Assembly: GCA_964515925.1 (NCBI GenBank)
Contig: CAZEYP010000006.1
Coordinates: 11,591-75,590, forward strand
Length of the DNA stretch: 64,000 nt
Direction: 5' to 3'
Source: an uncultured Nitrospirota bacterium
GTDB taxonomy: Bacteria > Nitrospirota > Thermodesulfovibrionia > Thermodesulfovibrionales > JdFR-85
Shown here: piece by piece, positions 1 through 8,064 of the stretch
Layout of the letters: each line of letters starts with the position of its first letter
Numbering within the stretch: the stretch's first letter is position 1
Notes under the pieces: model-generated
What the model was told of the DNA's origin: nothing
The model's database searches: none
Seen by the model: only the letters and a program-made list of their open reading frames with translations
Translations under genes and position numbers: made by a program

Positions 1-695
1 TCAAAATAGGTTAGTTTTATTGACCTGTCCATATATGAACGGGCAATCCTTTCCTTTACAGGGCAAACATAATTGCACATGCCACAACCTGTGCAGTAAT
101 CGGGGTCAACATAGGGTCTCACGCCTGTTGCTCCCCTTATAATCTCATTAGGTGGTCTGTCTCGAAGGGCCTTATCTTTTAAAGGACAGTTGTAATAACA
201 TTCACCACATGAGTCATACTGCCATGCAAGACAGATTTTTCTGTTTATCTTTGACACACCTATTTTCAGTTCGTCAGGGAGATTTTCAAGAACCTCTCTG
301 GTATTCAGTATCTTTTTAAGAGCTCCTGTTGGACAGGCCTGTCCACATCGCAGGTATTTGCTTATGGGTCTGTCTATACCATCCTCACCTCTTTTTAAAC
401 AGAGATAACATGGGGTCTCAAGTGGGTTTATATAGGGTGTATAGATTGATGCACCGGCTGTGATGTCAAGAAATTTTATACTGTCATAGGGGCATGCCTC
501 GATACATTTACCGCATCTTATACATTTTTCAAGAAAGTCTGATGTAGCTCCTGGTGGTCTCAAGATTATAAATCTTTTCTGAAGAGGCAAAAGGCTTAAA
601 GCAAAGAATCCCCCCAGTTGTTTAAGGAATTCTCGCCTTGTAGTTTCAAAAGATAAGACTTTAATATCGTTTGATTTCCACAATGGCAACCTCAT
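1..695 (-). CDS. NapG/MauM-type periplasmic ferredoxin with four [4Fe-4S] motifs (partial; C-terminus beyond window edge)
   Basis: Absent from the ORF track because it is open at the window edge. My minus-strand translation from ATG 695 reads MRLPLWKSNDIKVLSFETTRREFLKQLGG (Tat-like signal), then CIRCGKCIEACP, CYLC..CGQACP, C..CGECYYNCP and CTGCGMCNYVCP. It lies directly downstream of napA. The start could instead be TTG 683. Confidence 0.7.
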   Translation of the reverse strand, partial: MRLPLWKSNDIKVLSFETTRREFLKQLGGFFALSLLPLQKRFIILRPPGATSDFLEKCIRCGKCIEACPYDSIKFLDITAGASIYTPYINPLETPCYLCLKRGEDGIDRPISKYLRCGQACPTGALKKILNTREVLENLPDELKIGVSKINRKICLAWQYDSCGECYYNCPLKDKALRDRPPNEIIRGATGVRPYVDPDYCTGCGMCNYVCPVKERIARSYMDRSIKLTYF

Positions 696-1059
696 ATCTT
701 CTGCCTTTAATCTGGTAAGGTGTCTGTACAGCTCCGCGAACCTTAATCTTTTGTCCTTTCGACGGCATCAACCCCCTGGTAATAACCCATATCTGGCCTG
801 TAGAGTCCTTGAGGAGATAGGGCTGTTCGTTTACGAACTCAAAGGCAAGCCCTGGTTCAGCCTGACCCGCTATTGTTACTATTGAGTCTTTGAATTTTGA
901 CGGCTCCTTCAGTATTTCACCAATGCTAACGATTACCTCACTGCCTGTCTTTCCTTTCTGCTTTCCACCAACCTCCTCTTCCTTCTCAACGCATGCTGCA
1001 ACTATTAGAAATAAAGCAATTGATAGCACAAATGCCTTTTTTAAAATGTATGTCATCAT
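661..1059 (-). CDS. small putative lipoprotein of unknown function (possibly OB-fold like)
   Basis: ORF 661..1092. The likely start is MMTYILKK (ATG 1059 or 1056), preceded by GGGAG. It has a hydrophobic signal ending in the lipobox-like LIVAAC. There is no CxxCH, so it is not NapB. It lies between napA and the NapG-like gene. Confidence 0.5.
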   Translation of the reverse strand: MMTYILKKAFVLSIALFLIVAACVEKEEEVGGKQKGKTGSEVIVSIGEILKEPSKFKDSIVTIAGQAEPGLAFEFVNEQPYLLKDSTGQIWVITRGLMPSKGQKIKVRGAVQTPYQIKGRRYEVAIVEIKRY

Positions 1060-1115
1060 CTCCCTGTCTTTATTTTGGGGAAGGAGATACAACGATCTCC
1101 TTCCCGCTGTTTCTT

Positions 1116-3539
1116 TTATACCTTCTCAAGTTTTACAGCACAAACTTTAAAGTCAGGCTCACCTGCACCTGACCAGCTCTTGGGAACATCTACGGTAAGG
1201 AGGTTAATCAGTTTATTTTCGTCAAACCATGGAACGAATACCATACCGGGCCTTGCCCTGTCGGTGACCCATACAGGTAAGACAATCTCACCCCTTCTGG
1301 ATATGATCTTTAGTTTATCTCCACTTTTCAGGTGTAATGATTTTGCATCCTCAGGGGAGACCTCTACATAGGCCCTTGGATTCATCTCCCTTAGAAGCCT
1401 GACCCGCATGGTAAGGGTGCCTGAGTGCCAGTGCTCTATTACACGGCCGGTGTTAAGCACATAGGGATATTCGACATCGGGCATCTCGTAATCAAGCCCT
1501 GCCTTAAGTACTCTTACAATAGCCTTTCCTTCCGAGCCCTTGTGGAATGGGTGATGACCATAGTAGTTAAATGGGCCCTTGTATCCCTTCTGTTCAAGGT
1601 GCTGGTCATATAGGGTGACATAGCCGGTCTTGTATTTTCTGTTTGCCCTGCCGTAGACCTCAAGGGCGTGGGCCTTGCTGATAAACCTCTTTGCAGAACC
1701 ACGGTTTTCGAAGTCCGTACTCGGACATGGCCATTGCACTCCGCCTGCATGTGCCTTGAGCTTTTCATATGTGGCGCCCCAGAGGTCCACATCCTGTCCT
1801 CTGGTGCAGAGCCTGTATTCATTCCATGCCTCCTCTTCGGTCCCAAAACCAAGTCCATAGACCTCTTTAATACTCTTCACTTCACCGGTCATGGGATCGA
1901 TAACCCTGTAATGGGTCATTCTGCCAAGTTTTTTTGCAATTCTCTTTGCCACCTCAAGTATCTGCCAGAAGTCAGCCCTTGCATCACCGGGTGGGTCTAT
2001 TACCTTGGGAATGAACTGTGACCTCCGGTCAGTCTGACCCATTACGCCCTCTTTTTCTACCCATAGTGCTGAAGGCAGTATTACCGATGCAAGCTCTGTT
2101 GTCCTTGTAGGATAGACATCGCTTACCACAGTGAATGCCTTTTTCATGGCCTTACGGTATTTACCGGCATTGGGCAGGCTCTGACCGGGATTAGTGGTAT
2201 TTATCCATATGGCCTTGATCTTGCCCTGACTTAGACGCATAAACATATTTACTGCAGGGCCAGTGGGTTTTTGGGGTAACCATTCCACAGGAACTCCCCA
2301 GATCTCGGCGATTTCTTTACGGTGTTTTGGATTAGCCACGGCTCTGTGGCCTGGCAGTATATGAGTGAGCCCCCCCTGCTCCCTTGTTCCTCCACAGGCA
2401 TTTGGCTGACCAGTGAGTGAAAGGCTGTCACAACCTGGTTTGCCTATCTTGCCGGTTATTAGATGCAGGTTGTGAAGCAGACAGTTAAGATGCACTCCTT
2501 TGGTCCTTTGATTGATTCCCATGGTCCAGATACTGAGTGTGGAGTATCCCTTTCTGCCAAACCACAGGGCAGCTTTTCTGATATCGGATGCCGGAACTCC
2601 TACAAGACCCTCTATTTTCTCTGGCGCATAGTCCTTGAGGAATTCCCTGTAGCTATTGAAGTCTATAAATTTGCCCTTGGTTTTAAGTCCTGTCCTGAAT
2701 GTACAATACTTCAGATGCTCTTCATCAATAAGCCCCTTTTCAACGATTACATAAGCCATTGAGTTAAGAAGATACATATCATAACCTGGACGGAATTTCA
2801 GATGCAGATCTGCATACCGGGCCGTAGGTGTATACCTTGGGTCTGCCACTACGACCTTTACCCTGTCAGGGTAGGCGCTCTTACGGTCAATGACCCTCCT
2901 GAACAGCATTGGATGGTTTTCTGCTGTGTTAGAGCCTATTATGAATATGCAATCTGCTGCATCAAAGTCATCGTAAGTGCCTGCTGGCTCATCAGTGCCA
3001 AAGGTATTCAGATAACCGCCAACAGCAGAGGCCATACAGAGACGAGGATTGCCCTCTACATTGGCTGTGCCAATGATACCTTTGAAGAGTTTGTTGGCTG
3101 CAAAGGCTTCCTGTGTAGTGTTTTGTCCTGAACCATACCAGGCAACCGAATCAACTCCATATTTTTTAATGTAGTGAACAAATCTATCGGCAATCAGGTC
3201 CAGTGCCTCATCCCAGGAAACCTCCTTATAACTTCCATCAGACTGTCTGACCATTGGTTTCGTTAATCTGTCCTTGCCATACATAATATGAGGCAGGGAA
3301 TAACCCTTCATGCAGAGCCTCCCAAAGTTTACAGGACTGTCGGCATCACCCTTAACAGCCACGACCTTACCATTTTTCACACCCACCAGAACCGCACACC
3401 CTGTGCCACAGAACCTGCATTGTGACCTTTCGTACCTGATTGATGAGTCTGCCACAGCATCTGCAGGCAACCCAGCCATGGCAAGAGCCGCTGCTGCTGC
3501 GGAGGCCTTGATAAAATCTCTTCTACTAAGTCCCATCAC
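1116..3539 (-). CDS. napA: periplasmic nitrate reductase catalytic subunit NapA (molybdopterin oxidoreductase)
   Basis: 807 aa with Tat signal SRRDFIKASAAAAALA. The N-terminal Fe-S motif CRFCGTGCAVLVG..C and KGYSLPHIMYGKDRL closely resemble my memory of the E. coli NapA N-terminus. RBS GGGAGG lies upstream. Confidence 0.85.
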   Translation of the reverse strand: MMGLSRRDFIKASAAAAALAMAGLPADAVADSSIRYERSQCRFCGTGCAVLVGVKNGKVVAVKGDADSPVNFGRLCMKGYSLPHIMYGKDRLTKPMVRQSDGSYKEVSWDEALDLIADRFVHYIKKYGVDSVAWYGSGQNTTQEAFAANKLFKGIIGTANVEGNPRLCMASAVGGYLNTFGTDEPAGTYDDFDAADCIFIIGSNTAENHPMLFRRVIDRKSAYPDRVKVVVADPRYTPTARYADLHLKFRPGYDMYLLNSMAYVIVEKGLIDEEHLKYCTFRTGLKTKGKFIDFNSYREFLKDYAPEKIEGLVGVPASDIRKAALWFGRKGYSTLSIWTMGINQRTKGVHLNCLLHNLHLITGKIGKPGCDSLSLTGQPNACGGTREQGGLTHILPGHRAVANPKHRKEIAEIWGVPVEWLPQKPTGPAVNMFMRLSQGKIKAIWINTTNPGQSLPNAGKYRKAMKKAFTVVSDVYPTRTTELASVILPSALWVEKEGVMGQTDRRSQFIPKVIDPPGDARADFWQILEVAKRIAKKLGRMTHYRVIDPMTGEVKSIKEVYGLGFGTEEEAWNEYRLCTRGQDVDLWGATYEKLKAHAGGVQWPCPSTDFENRGSAKRFISKAHALEVYGRANRKYKTGYVTLYDQHLEQKGYKGPFNYYGHHPFHKGSEGKAIVRVLKAGLDYEMPDVEYPYVLNTGRVIEHWHSGTLTMRVRLLREMNPRAYVEVSPEDAKSLHLKSGDKLKIISRRGEIVLPVWVTDRARPGMVFVPWFDENKLINLLTVDVPKSWSGAGEPDFKVCAVKLEKV

Positions 3540-3655
3540 TACACCTCCCTTGTTCTCAGGCCCGGAGGCCCTGTTTTGAAAACTCTATTTTATTTTCTCA
3601 CAGCCCCTTGTAAATTGGTTATCAAATCGTGTAAATTTTTTGTAAATTTAAAAAT

Positions 3656-3755
3656 ACAGGGGGTAGCGTGTAGGGTGTAAAAAAGACAGGGTGTAGGGGG
3701 TAGCGTGTAGGGGGTAGTAAAAGACAGGGGGTAGCGTGTAGGGAGTAGGGTGTAG
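3656..3755 (+). repeat. G-tract heptamer array (three modules of A-tract + ACAGGG(G/T)GTAG(C/G)GTGTAGGG...)
   Basis: Read directly: acagggggtagcgtgtagggtgt / acagggtgtagggggtagcgtgtagggggtagt / acagggggtagcgtgtagggagtagggtgtag. These are period-7 GTAGGGN/GTAGCGT units. Confidence 0.85.
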
Positions 3756-3760
3756 TTAAG

Positions 3761-3809
3761 GAACGCGATGAACTCAATGAACGCAAAGAACGCAATTAAC
3801 GCAATAACC
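3761..3809 (+). repeat. 9-bp tandem array, 5.4 copies, unit (G/T)AAC(G/T)C(A/G)A(T/A)
   Basis: GAACGCGAT GAACTCAAT GAACGCAAA GAACGCAAT TAACGCAAT AACC. The array ends 6 nt before the AGGAGG RBS of the macro-domain gene. Confidence 0.85.
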
Positions 3810-3826
3810 AATCTCAGGAGGTGTTT

Positions 3827-4369
3827 ATGGAGTTAGTAAAAGAGGTAAAGATTGATGGTAAGGTCTTAAGACTTGTTAAGGGTGATATTACCGAAAGGGA
3901 TGTGGATGTTATTGTAAATGCAGCCAACTCTTACCTGAAGCATGGTGGTGGTGTGGCAGGTGCAATCGTTCGTAAGGGTGGGCATATCATACAGGAAGAA
4001 AGTGACAGGATTGGTTTTGTCCCTGTGGGCTCTGCGGCTATCACCACAGCAGGTCGACTACCCTGTAAGGCTGTAATCCATGCAGTTGGTCCAAGGATGG
4101 GCGAAGGTGACGAAGATAATAAACTGAAGAATGCAGTGCTGAGTAGCCTCAGGCTTGCAGCGTCAAAGGGATTCAAGAGTATTTCATTACCTGCAATAAG
4201 CTCCGGGATATTCGGATTTCCAAAGGACCGATGTGCGAAAATACTCGTTGGGGAGTCAAGAAGGTATTTGCTCGAAAACCTCGACTCTTCTGTTGAGATA
4301 GTAGAGTTCTGCATATTTGATGATGAAACGCTTGGACATTTTAAAAGAGAGTTTGATGCCCTCGGGTAG
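3827..4369 (+). CDS. macro domain protein (ADP-ribose binding / O-acetyl-ADP-ribose deacetylase family)
   Basis: MELVKEVKIDGKVLRLVKGDITERDVDVIVNAANSYLKHGGGVAGAI shows the macro-domain signature. The ORF track starts at GTG 3821, but I prefer ATG 3827 with AGGAGG (3816..3821) 5 nt upstream. Confidence 0.85.
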   Translation: MELVKEVKIDGKVLRLVKGDITERDVDVIVNAANSYLKHGGGVAGAIVRKGGHIIQEESDRIGFVPVGSAAITTAGRLPCKAVIHAVGPRMGEGDEDNKLKNAVLSSLRLAASKGFKSISLPAISSGIFGFPKDRCAKILVGESRRYLLENLDSSVEIVEFCIFDDETLGHFKREFDALG

Positions 4370-4372
4370 AAT

Positions 4373-6916
4373 TCATAATTTTACTTTTACTTCAACTACA
4401 GAGCTAAAAAGTAAGAGATTTTTCCTGATCTTAAGGGTTACAGTTTCTCCCTGTGATTTGTCAAGTAAATATATTTTCAGGTCATCAACATCCTTTACCG
4501 GTTGACCATCAATAGATAATATTATTGAGCCAGCTGTAATTCCTGCTCTGTCTGCAGGGCTGTCTTCTGTAACTCTTTCAACCTTTACACCCTCGTCAGT
4601 CCTTTTTATAAAGACCCCAAGGCGGGGAGATCGAGGTGGATCTGCCCAGGCAGTATAGAACACATAGTCAGCCACTCCTCTTCCAAGTCTGTTTTCTCCA
4701 CCTTCCGAGCCATTTACAATAATAGAAAAAGTAACATTCCTTTTACGCTTCACTCTGTCTGGTATGCCCCAGGCATTCCTGATGTGACCATTTCCAGCAA
4801 TTACAATTATCTGTGAATCAGGGAATTTGTCGAGAGCCTTTATTACCGAGTCTGCCATTGTTTCATCCCAGATCAACTGAGAAAAGTAAAAGTTTTCAAA
4901 GGTCCTGCCCTTTCTTCTTCCATGTCGTGAAAATATCCTTTTAAGATACCGCAGGTATTCTCTGTTCTGAAGGTCTATTCCTTTTGGCAGGAGTTTTCTC
5001 TCATCAGGACTGAGGGAGTCGATTCCCTTTGAGGAGACCTTATCCACTATTTCTCTTTTTATATTCAGTGCAATTATTGGTATGCCCTTTGCCCTTGCAA
5101 ACTGAATAATGTCTCTGTAGAGGTTGTAGTCATAGACCCATCTCTTGAAGTATTCTGTTTTCTTAAGCATCTCTGCTTCAGTTATTTTGCCCTCAATAAA
5201 CTGGTCAAGGTACTTCTGAAAGGGACGTTGAAACATCTCCATTCCTATCACCAGATGTTTGTTTATTTCATAGAGCTTTCTTATTATTTCAAATTGTATG
5301 ATATGATGGTTGTAGTTGAGATGGTCCTCTCCTATGTAAACAATAGTTGAATCCTTTATTTGCTGAGCTATATCATCGATACTACCGCCCTCAGCAGGTC
5401 TTACTGCATGAAAGTCGTCACTGAGATTGATTATGATTCCCATGTCTCTATGATCGACTCTTTTTGAGATATTTCTGCCTTCTGAAAATGCAAGTTCAGA
5501 ATAATTGCCATAGTGCCCTATCTTGTGAAATGCCTTGCTTATTGCCTCAGCGTCTGATGCGTCTATCAGCATGATGTATCGAGCCTGGTTCAGAGGATTT
5601 GGAAAGACCCTGATATAAAAATCACCGTTTTCCTCTACATCGCTGTCAAAGGCCATCCTGAATACCCTGTTTTTAGATGAAAGGATTATGAAGGAATGCT
5701 CCTTAAGCTGATTGAATTTGAACTCCTTATCAGAGAAAACCCTGAGACCCCTGTTTTTGTAATACTGTATTATCTCATGATAGAGCGTCTTTTCCTCATC
5801 GCGGTATATAAGGCGGGCACCACTGTCGTCTTTTAGTGCCGAAATAAGAGGAGGGATTTCGTTTTTAGTGGGTATTCTGAAAAGGTCGTACTCAGGGTCT
5901 ATGACTATTTTAAAGGGATTTGCCCTGGTGTATAACTTAATATCTATACTGTCGCTGTCTACCTTTATCCTGTGGTTTTCCACCCCCTGCTCTGTGTAAA
6001 CCCTGATGGGAAGCTCAAAATTGTAGCTTATATCACCGGTTTGTTTGAGTTTCAGGCTGATAACATACCTTGCATTGCGATACAATACAGATATGTAATT
6101 CAGACTGAGTTTAATAGCCCCCTTTTTGTGTACCCAGTAATAAAAGAAGTCCTCCAGTGACCTCTTTGATACCTTTTCAAAGGTCTTTCTTATATCATCC
6201 CATCGAGCCTTCTTCCCGGCAAAATTCTTAATAAAGTCTCGGAGGCCCTGGTAGAAGACCTTATCGCCAAGCTCCACTCTAAGCATATGAAACACCATTG
6301 CTGCCTTTCCGTAACCAACCGCCTTTGTAAGGTTGTCTGTCCTGGTAGTGAATTCTCTTAGAGATATCTCCTCTTTACCTTTCGTATAATTGAGATAATC
6401 CAGCAGAAGTTTTTTTCTGTATACTGCTGCATTACCTTTAAGTTCACTCATTCTGTGGTCTGCAAGATATGTTGTCAATCCCTCAGACCAGTTTCCCTCT
6501 GATGGGTCAACCTCCACCAGAGAGCCAAACCATTGATGAACAATCTCATGGGGAAGGGATGTTTCAGGGATGAAGGGAAGCCTTATCACAGCAGAGCCAA
6601 ACAGTATATATCTTGGAAAGGAGACGCCAATGGGTCTGTCTGTTTCAACTATGTTGAGTTCTTTATATGGAAATGGGCCAAGAAGTGACTGAAAGTCTTT
6701 CAGGTATCCTTTGGTATATTCAAGATATTTCTCTGCAAGCTCAGGGTCGTCTTCCTTAAGATAGACCTTTATCTTTATCTCACCAAGCTGGTCTTTGTAG
6801 ATGTGGACCCCAGAGAGGATGAGTTGAGAGTTGTCTTTTCTACGGGATGCCTCCTTAGCTGATGCATTTATCACAAGCCCAAGCACACACACAAGGATTA
6901 AAAGGACTCTTTTCAT
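4373..6916 (-). CDS. secreted multidomain protein: HExxH gluzincin (M1/peptidase_MA-like) domain + ChaN/Tiki-like domain + C-terminal PDZ
   Basis: The start is moved to MKRVLLILV (ATG 6916, GGAGG upstream), which gives a signal peptide. HEIVHQWFG...E zinc motif at nt 6536..6550. Mid-protein IVYIGEDHLNYNHH...GMEMFQ resembles the ChaN/haem-binding-uptake family. The C-terminal GVKVERVTEDSPADRAGITAGSIILSIDG is PDZ-like. Confidence 0.7.
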   Translation of the reverse strand: MKRVLLILVCVLGLVINASAKEASRRKDNSQLILSGVHIYKDQLGEIKIKVYLKEDDPELAEKYLEYTKGYLKDFQSLLGPFPYKELNIVETDRPIGVSFPRYILFGSAVIRLPFIPETSLPHEIVHQWFGSLVEVDPSEGNWSEGLTTYLADHRMSELKGNAAVYRKKLLLDYLNYTKGKEEISLREFTTRTDNLTKAVGYGKAAMVFHMLRVELGDKVFYQGLRDFIKNFAGKKARWDDIRKTFEKVSKRSLEDFFYYWVHKKGAIKLSLNYISVLYRNARYVISLKLKQTGDISYNFELPIRVYTEQGVENHRIKVDSDSIDIKLYTRANPFKIVIDPEYDLFRIPTKNEIPPLISALKDDSGARLIYRDEEKTLYHEIIQYYKNRGLRVFSDKEFKFNQLKEHSFIILSSKNRVFRMAFDSDVEENGDFYIRVFPNPLNQARYIMLIDASDAEAISKAFHKIGHYGNYSELAFSEGRNISKRVDHRDMGIIINLSDDFHAVRPAEGGSIDDIAQQIKDSTIVYIGEDHLNYNHHIIQFEIIRKLYEINKHLVIGMEMFQRPFQKYLDQFIEGKITEAEMLKKTEYFKRWVYDYNLYRDIIQFARAKGIPIIALNIKREIVDKVSSKGIDSLSPDERKLLPKGIDLQNREYLRYLKRIFSRHGRRKGRTFENFYFSQLIWDETMADSVIKALDKFPDSQIIVIAGNGHIRNAWGIPDRVKRKRNVTFSIIVNGSEGGENRLGRGVADYVFYTAWADPPRSPRLGVFIKRTDEGVKVERVTEDSPADRAGITAGSIILSIDGQPVKDVDDLKIYLLDKSQGETVTLKIRKNLLLFSSVVEVKVKL

Positions 6917-7053
6917 TTGATTCCTCCAGAAAAAATCGTTAAAACTAAAATACACTACACAATGGAGTTTCACCTTGAATGGAAATTTTGACCCAAACTT
7001 TCCATTAATCGTTCAAGCCCAGCGTGTAGGGTATGAGGGCATTATCATACCCT

Positions 7054-8061
7054 TTAGAATATCCTTGTTATCTCATCCCTGTCAAATCTACTGAGTGGTC
7101 TATCCTTTCCCTGGCTAACAATAACATACCTTCCCGGCTCATCAGTAAACTCGCCTATTTCAGATGCACTTATACCAGAAGCGTTGAGTTTTTTTACTAT
7201 TGTTTTTGATAGTTCTTTTCTTACTGCTGCCAGTAGTGCTCCTGATGAAATAACACCCAGTGGATTCAGTCCGAAGTATGCACATATTTTTTTAGTTTCC
7301 TCTGGAATTATTATGTTTTCCTCATACACCCGGATTCCCAGTTTTGCTGGCCTTGCCATCTCACAAAGAGCAGTTGCCAGCCCACCTTCTGTGGGGTCAT
7401 GAAGTGCCTTTACACCCCCTGTCTCACATATAATTTTTGCCTCTTCAAGTACACTTATGCCAGGGTCCTTTATAAAATTATTACATCTTTTTTGAAACTC
7501 ATCGCCAAAGCGATCTCTTATTTCCTCTTCCTTCTCCTGTGCCATAATAGCCGTGGCTTCAATACCAACTCCCTTTGTAAGTATTAGCTTATCACCAGCT
7601 TTTATGTGCTCAGGATTAAGGAGTCGGTCCTTCCTTACAAGACCAAGCATCTGGCCAATAACGATTGGCCTGTCTATACCGTAGGTGACCTCTGTGTGTC
7701 CACCGCAGATTGTAATGTTGAGTTTCTTACATTCCTCAGAAAGGTCAGAAAAGATGTTTTTAATTAGCCCCTCATCTGTCTTTTCCTCTGGAAGAAGCAG
7801 GGTTACAAGAAACCATCTGGGTCTGCCGCCCATACAGGCAATATCGTTTGCATTAATGGTGATTGCGTAAAGACCAATTCTGCTGGTTACAAAGGTGATG
7901 GGATCTGTTTTTGCTATCAGGTAATACTCTGCGCCGATATCGATTACTGCTGCATCCACTCCCACCCTGGCTCCAACTACTACAGAGGGGTCGTCAACAC
8001 CGTGGAACTGGCCTATCAGGCTTTCAAGCAGTTCCAGTGGTAGCTTTCCAGTGGGGAGCAT
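7054..8061 (-). CDS. AIR synthase-related protein (PurM/HypE/ThiL superfamily)
   Basis: 335 aa. MLPTGKLPLELLESLI...GVDAAVIDIG...TDPITF...NDIACMGGRP..GGHTEV is the typical PurM-superfamily N- and C-domain pattern. Confidence 0.65.
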   Translation of the reverse strand: MLPTGKLPLELLESLIGQFHGVDDPSVVVGARVGVDAAVIDIGAEYYLIAKTDPITFVTSRIGLYAITINANDIACMGGRPRWFLVTLLLPEEKTDEGLIKNIFSDLSEECKKLNITICGGHTEVTYGIDRPIVIGQMLGLVRKDRLLNPEHIKAGDKLILTKGVGIEATAIMAQEKEEEIRDRFGDEFQKRCNNFIKDPGISVLEEAKIICETGGVKALHDPTEGGLATALCEMARPAKLGIRVYEENIIIPEETKKICAYFGLNPLGVISSGALLAAVRKELSKTIVKKLNASGISASEIGEFTDEPGRYVIVSQGKDRPLSRFDRDEITRIF

Positions 8062-8064
8062 CTC

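Noticed and set aside
1116-3539. Selenocysteine or interrupted frames in the two molybdoenzymes (napA, psrA-like 14738..16936)
   Set aside because: Both are uninterrupted ORFs with Cys-type motifs and contain no in-frame TGA.
3656-3809. Possible CRISPR array at the repeat loci (also 28184..28284, 33062..33211, 63231..63370)
   Set aside because: The units are only 7-10 bp, degenerate and contiguous, with no unique spacers. No cas genes are present in the window.
3590-3811. 73-aa minus-strand ORF (..IAFFAFIEFIAFLNYTLLPTRYPL..), plus the matching part of the 154-aa minus-strand ORF 63158..63622
   Set aside because: Both are simply translations of the tandem-repeat element and its reverse complement. 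The shared peptide reflects the 58-bp DNA repeat. There is no RBS, and the second ORF overlaps truB antisense.
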